Assembly: GCA_965644295.1 (NCBI GenBank)
Contig: CBFFRP010000034.1
Span: forward strand, 1-64,000
Origin: Paraphysomonas bandaiensis
Lineage: Eukaryota; Protista; Chrysophyceae
Reading direction: 5' to 3'
Length of the DNA stretch: 64,000 bases
A model generated the notes under the pieces. It did not search any database. It was given only the letters and a program-made list of their open reading frames with translations, and was not told the origin of the DNA. Below, one piece after another: positions 62,196 to 64,000 of the stretch (its first letter is position 1; every line of letters begins with the position of its first letter). The position numbers and the translations under genes were made by a program.

Positions 62196-64000
62196 CTACG
62201 GTGGACGAGGCGGCTTCGTCGACAAGAGCTGAGGTAAATCAGACACATCTATTGAAGGAATTACTTGTGGTATATGATTACTTCGTTTTCTGCTCGCCTT
62301 CTTTTTCGTCGACACTGGTGACTTCCAAATAGGCTGAGTCCCTGTAATTGATGATTTATCAGTCCCACTGGGACTAAATCTACCTGTGTCGTATTTGGAA
62401 GGAGAACTTTTAGATCTTGTCGGAGTGTCAAATCTCGGCAGAGTTATGGTTTTCTCTTCCGGTTCGATGAAACCGGATATAACTTTTCGACGGTGAAGTT
62501 CCTTTTTTAAAGCGGGATCTCGAGCACTCTCTTTAGAAACCTCCATAACATCAGTATTACGCGATATTTTAGCTAGTTCCTGAATTTTAGTTTCCTGATC
62601 AGGATTCATATAGTCGCCATGTTTGCAGGTCACAATTGGACTGCATAAACTCCCACAAGAAGAAACACCACATGCCTCATACGTCCCTGTTCGAGAGTGA
62701 GGCCTACTCTGTTTCGCCTTTTCTTCTTCAGCCGAGAGTCGTAGCAACTCTTCAATCTCTTCCGAATGTACAGGTCCTTCTACTAAAATATCATCTTTTG
62801 GGTCCTCATGATTTTTACTAATAGCCCATTGCACATCTGCCACAGCTTGACCTAATCGAAAGTGAATACGAGCAATTTTAGTGAGAGATTCACGCATTCT
62901 AGGCAAATCTTTGCGTACATGGGGCCCTCTCATTCCAATGGCAACATTGTACGTAAAGTCCACGATATCTGCAATACCATCTAATGGAATTTTGTCAACT
63001 TTTCGGACCTCCTTACGAAATATTTCAATGATGTTAAATTGCTTAAATAAATCAAATGTGCTGATAGAATCCTTGGATAAATATCTCAAAACTTTAAGTG
63101 CAGCTAAATACGCCGGGTCATTGCGGGGACATGCCTGGGAATTTAAAATGTTTGCGCAACACTCAACAATTCGAAAATTCGGATGTAATATCATTTGATT
63201 GGCCTCACCAAACTTAGGACTATTGTAATTCGCAGACAGCGCTACTAATTTTAGACAAGATGCAACATCAAGGCGATTCGGATCAATTTCCTCTATATAT
63301 CCAGCTTCAGTACGCTCTCTTCTGTACATAAGTACATCCTCCCCCTCAAGGTGTGGAGTGGTCAAGGCGATACGATCAAGAGCACGTCGGAGAAATCCTT
63401 CAGATAAGCTTATTGCCTTTCCTTGCTCGGTCTTGCATAGGCTCGACATTACATCAAACACAGATCGCGGCAGCTCACGCAGGCCATTTTTGTATATTGT
63501 TTCCTCCGTTAATATCTCACCGACTATATTTAGAGGAGTCGGTAGATGCAGCACAAGAGCGTCGCATAAATTCCATCCACGAAATGCGGCAGCAGTTCCA
63601 GCCGGTGCTTCCGTCAGTCGAGTGAGGAGCTGACACAGATCATCTAGTATGCGCGTAGTGCGTGGGGTGGTACCAAAAGCACGCTGTATCTGGCCCAACA
63701 CCTATTCATACAAACTTATCATCCATATACAAGCAACACACTACAATCACATTTCAACACATACCCGACAAGTAGCTTTCCCAATAGTCTGTGCCAGTTC
63801 CGCAAGTGCCTCATCACCACATTGTGATCGTACAGCCAGAAGACAGCACGTGTATCTCTCAAGAAATTTAACAGATGTCAGAGCGACATGATCCTGTAAG
63901 CTTTTAGTTTTGTCAGGGAGTAACATATTTACGGAATTTGAGAAAGTGTTCAAGAAGTAATTGGCAGCTTGTGCTGCGTGAGACTCACGTATACCAGTCA
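62196..64000 (-). CDS. 3' part of an unknown helical (ARM-like?) protein with a disordered Ser/Pro/Lys-rich tail; 5' end outside the window
   Basis: ~500-codon terminal exon plus an upstream open exon beyond an intron at ~63702-63764. Confidence 0.7.

Overview
Eukaryotic, AT-rich window with short GT-AG introns. The gene and transposon families suggest a stramenopile or ochrophyte-like protist (inference). Host genes in order: anoctamin (-), an intronless 7-TM protein (+), a ~5,000-aa multidomain HECT E3 ligase (+), a PH-domain protein (-), ZPR1 (+), a G-patch protein (+), an ankyrin protein (-), an apparent single-chain Translin-TRAX (C3PO) fusion (+), a SAM-methyltransferase-like gene (-), a JmjC/cupin oxygenase with an HxA...H metal motif (+), and a partial unknown gene (-). 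Mobile DNA includes two ~99% identical inverted copies of a 5,577-bp non-autonomous Ty3/Gypsy chromovirus derivative. It has 389-bp LTRs, a CACA target duplication and no RT, and it lacks a tRNA PBS but shows Tf1-like self-complementarity. One copy interrupts a Copia pol ORF. The other sits in a 5,514-bp tandem duplication of the HECT gene 3' end, which could alternatively be two haplotypes joined by the assembler. There are also several ends or remnants of one hAT-like family, a Copia RNase H relic, and polar (TACC)n-(TACA)n arrays between divergent genes. Best candidates for new biology: the Translin-TRAX fusion, the self-priming RT-less LTR element, the HxA JmjC enzyme, and the gustatory-receptor-like 7TM gene head-to-head with anoctamin. 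All calls come from motif reading by eye, with no database searches. Exon boundaries are approximate unless stated.
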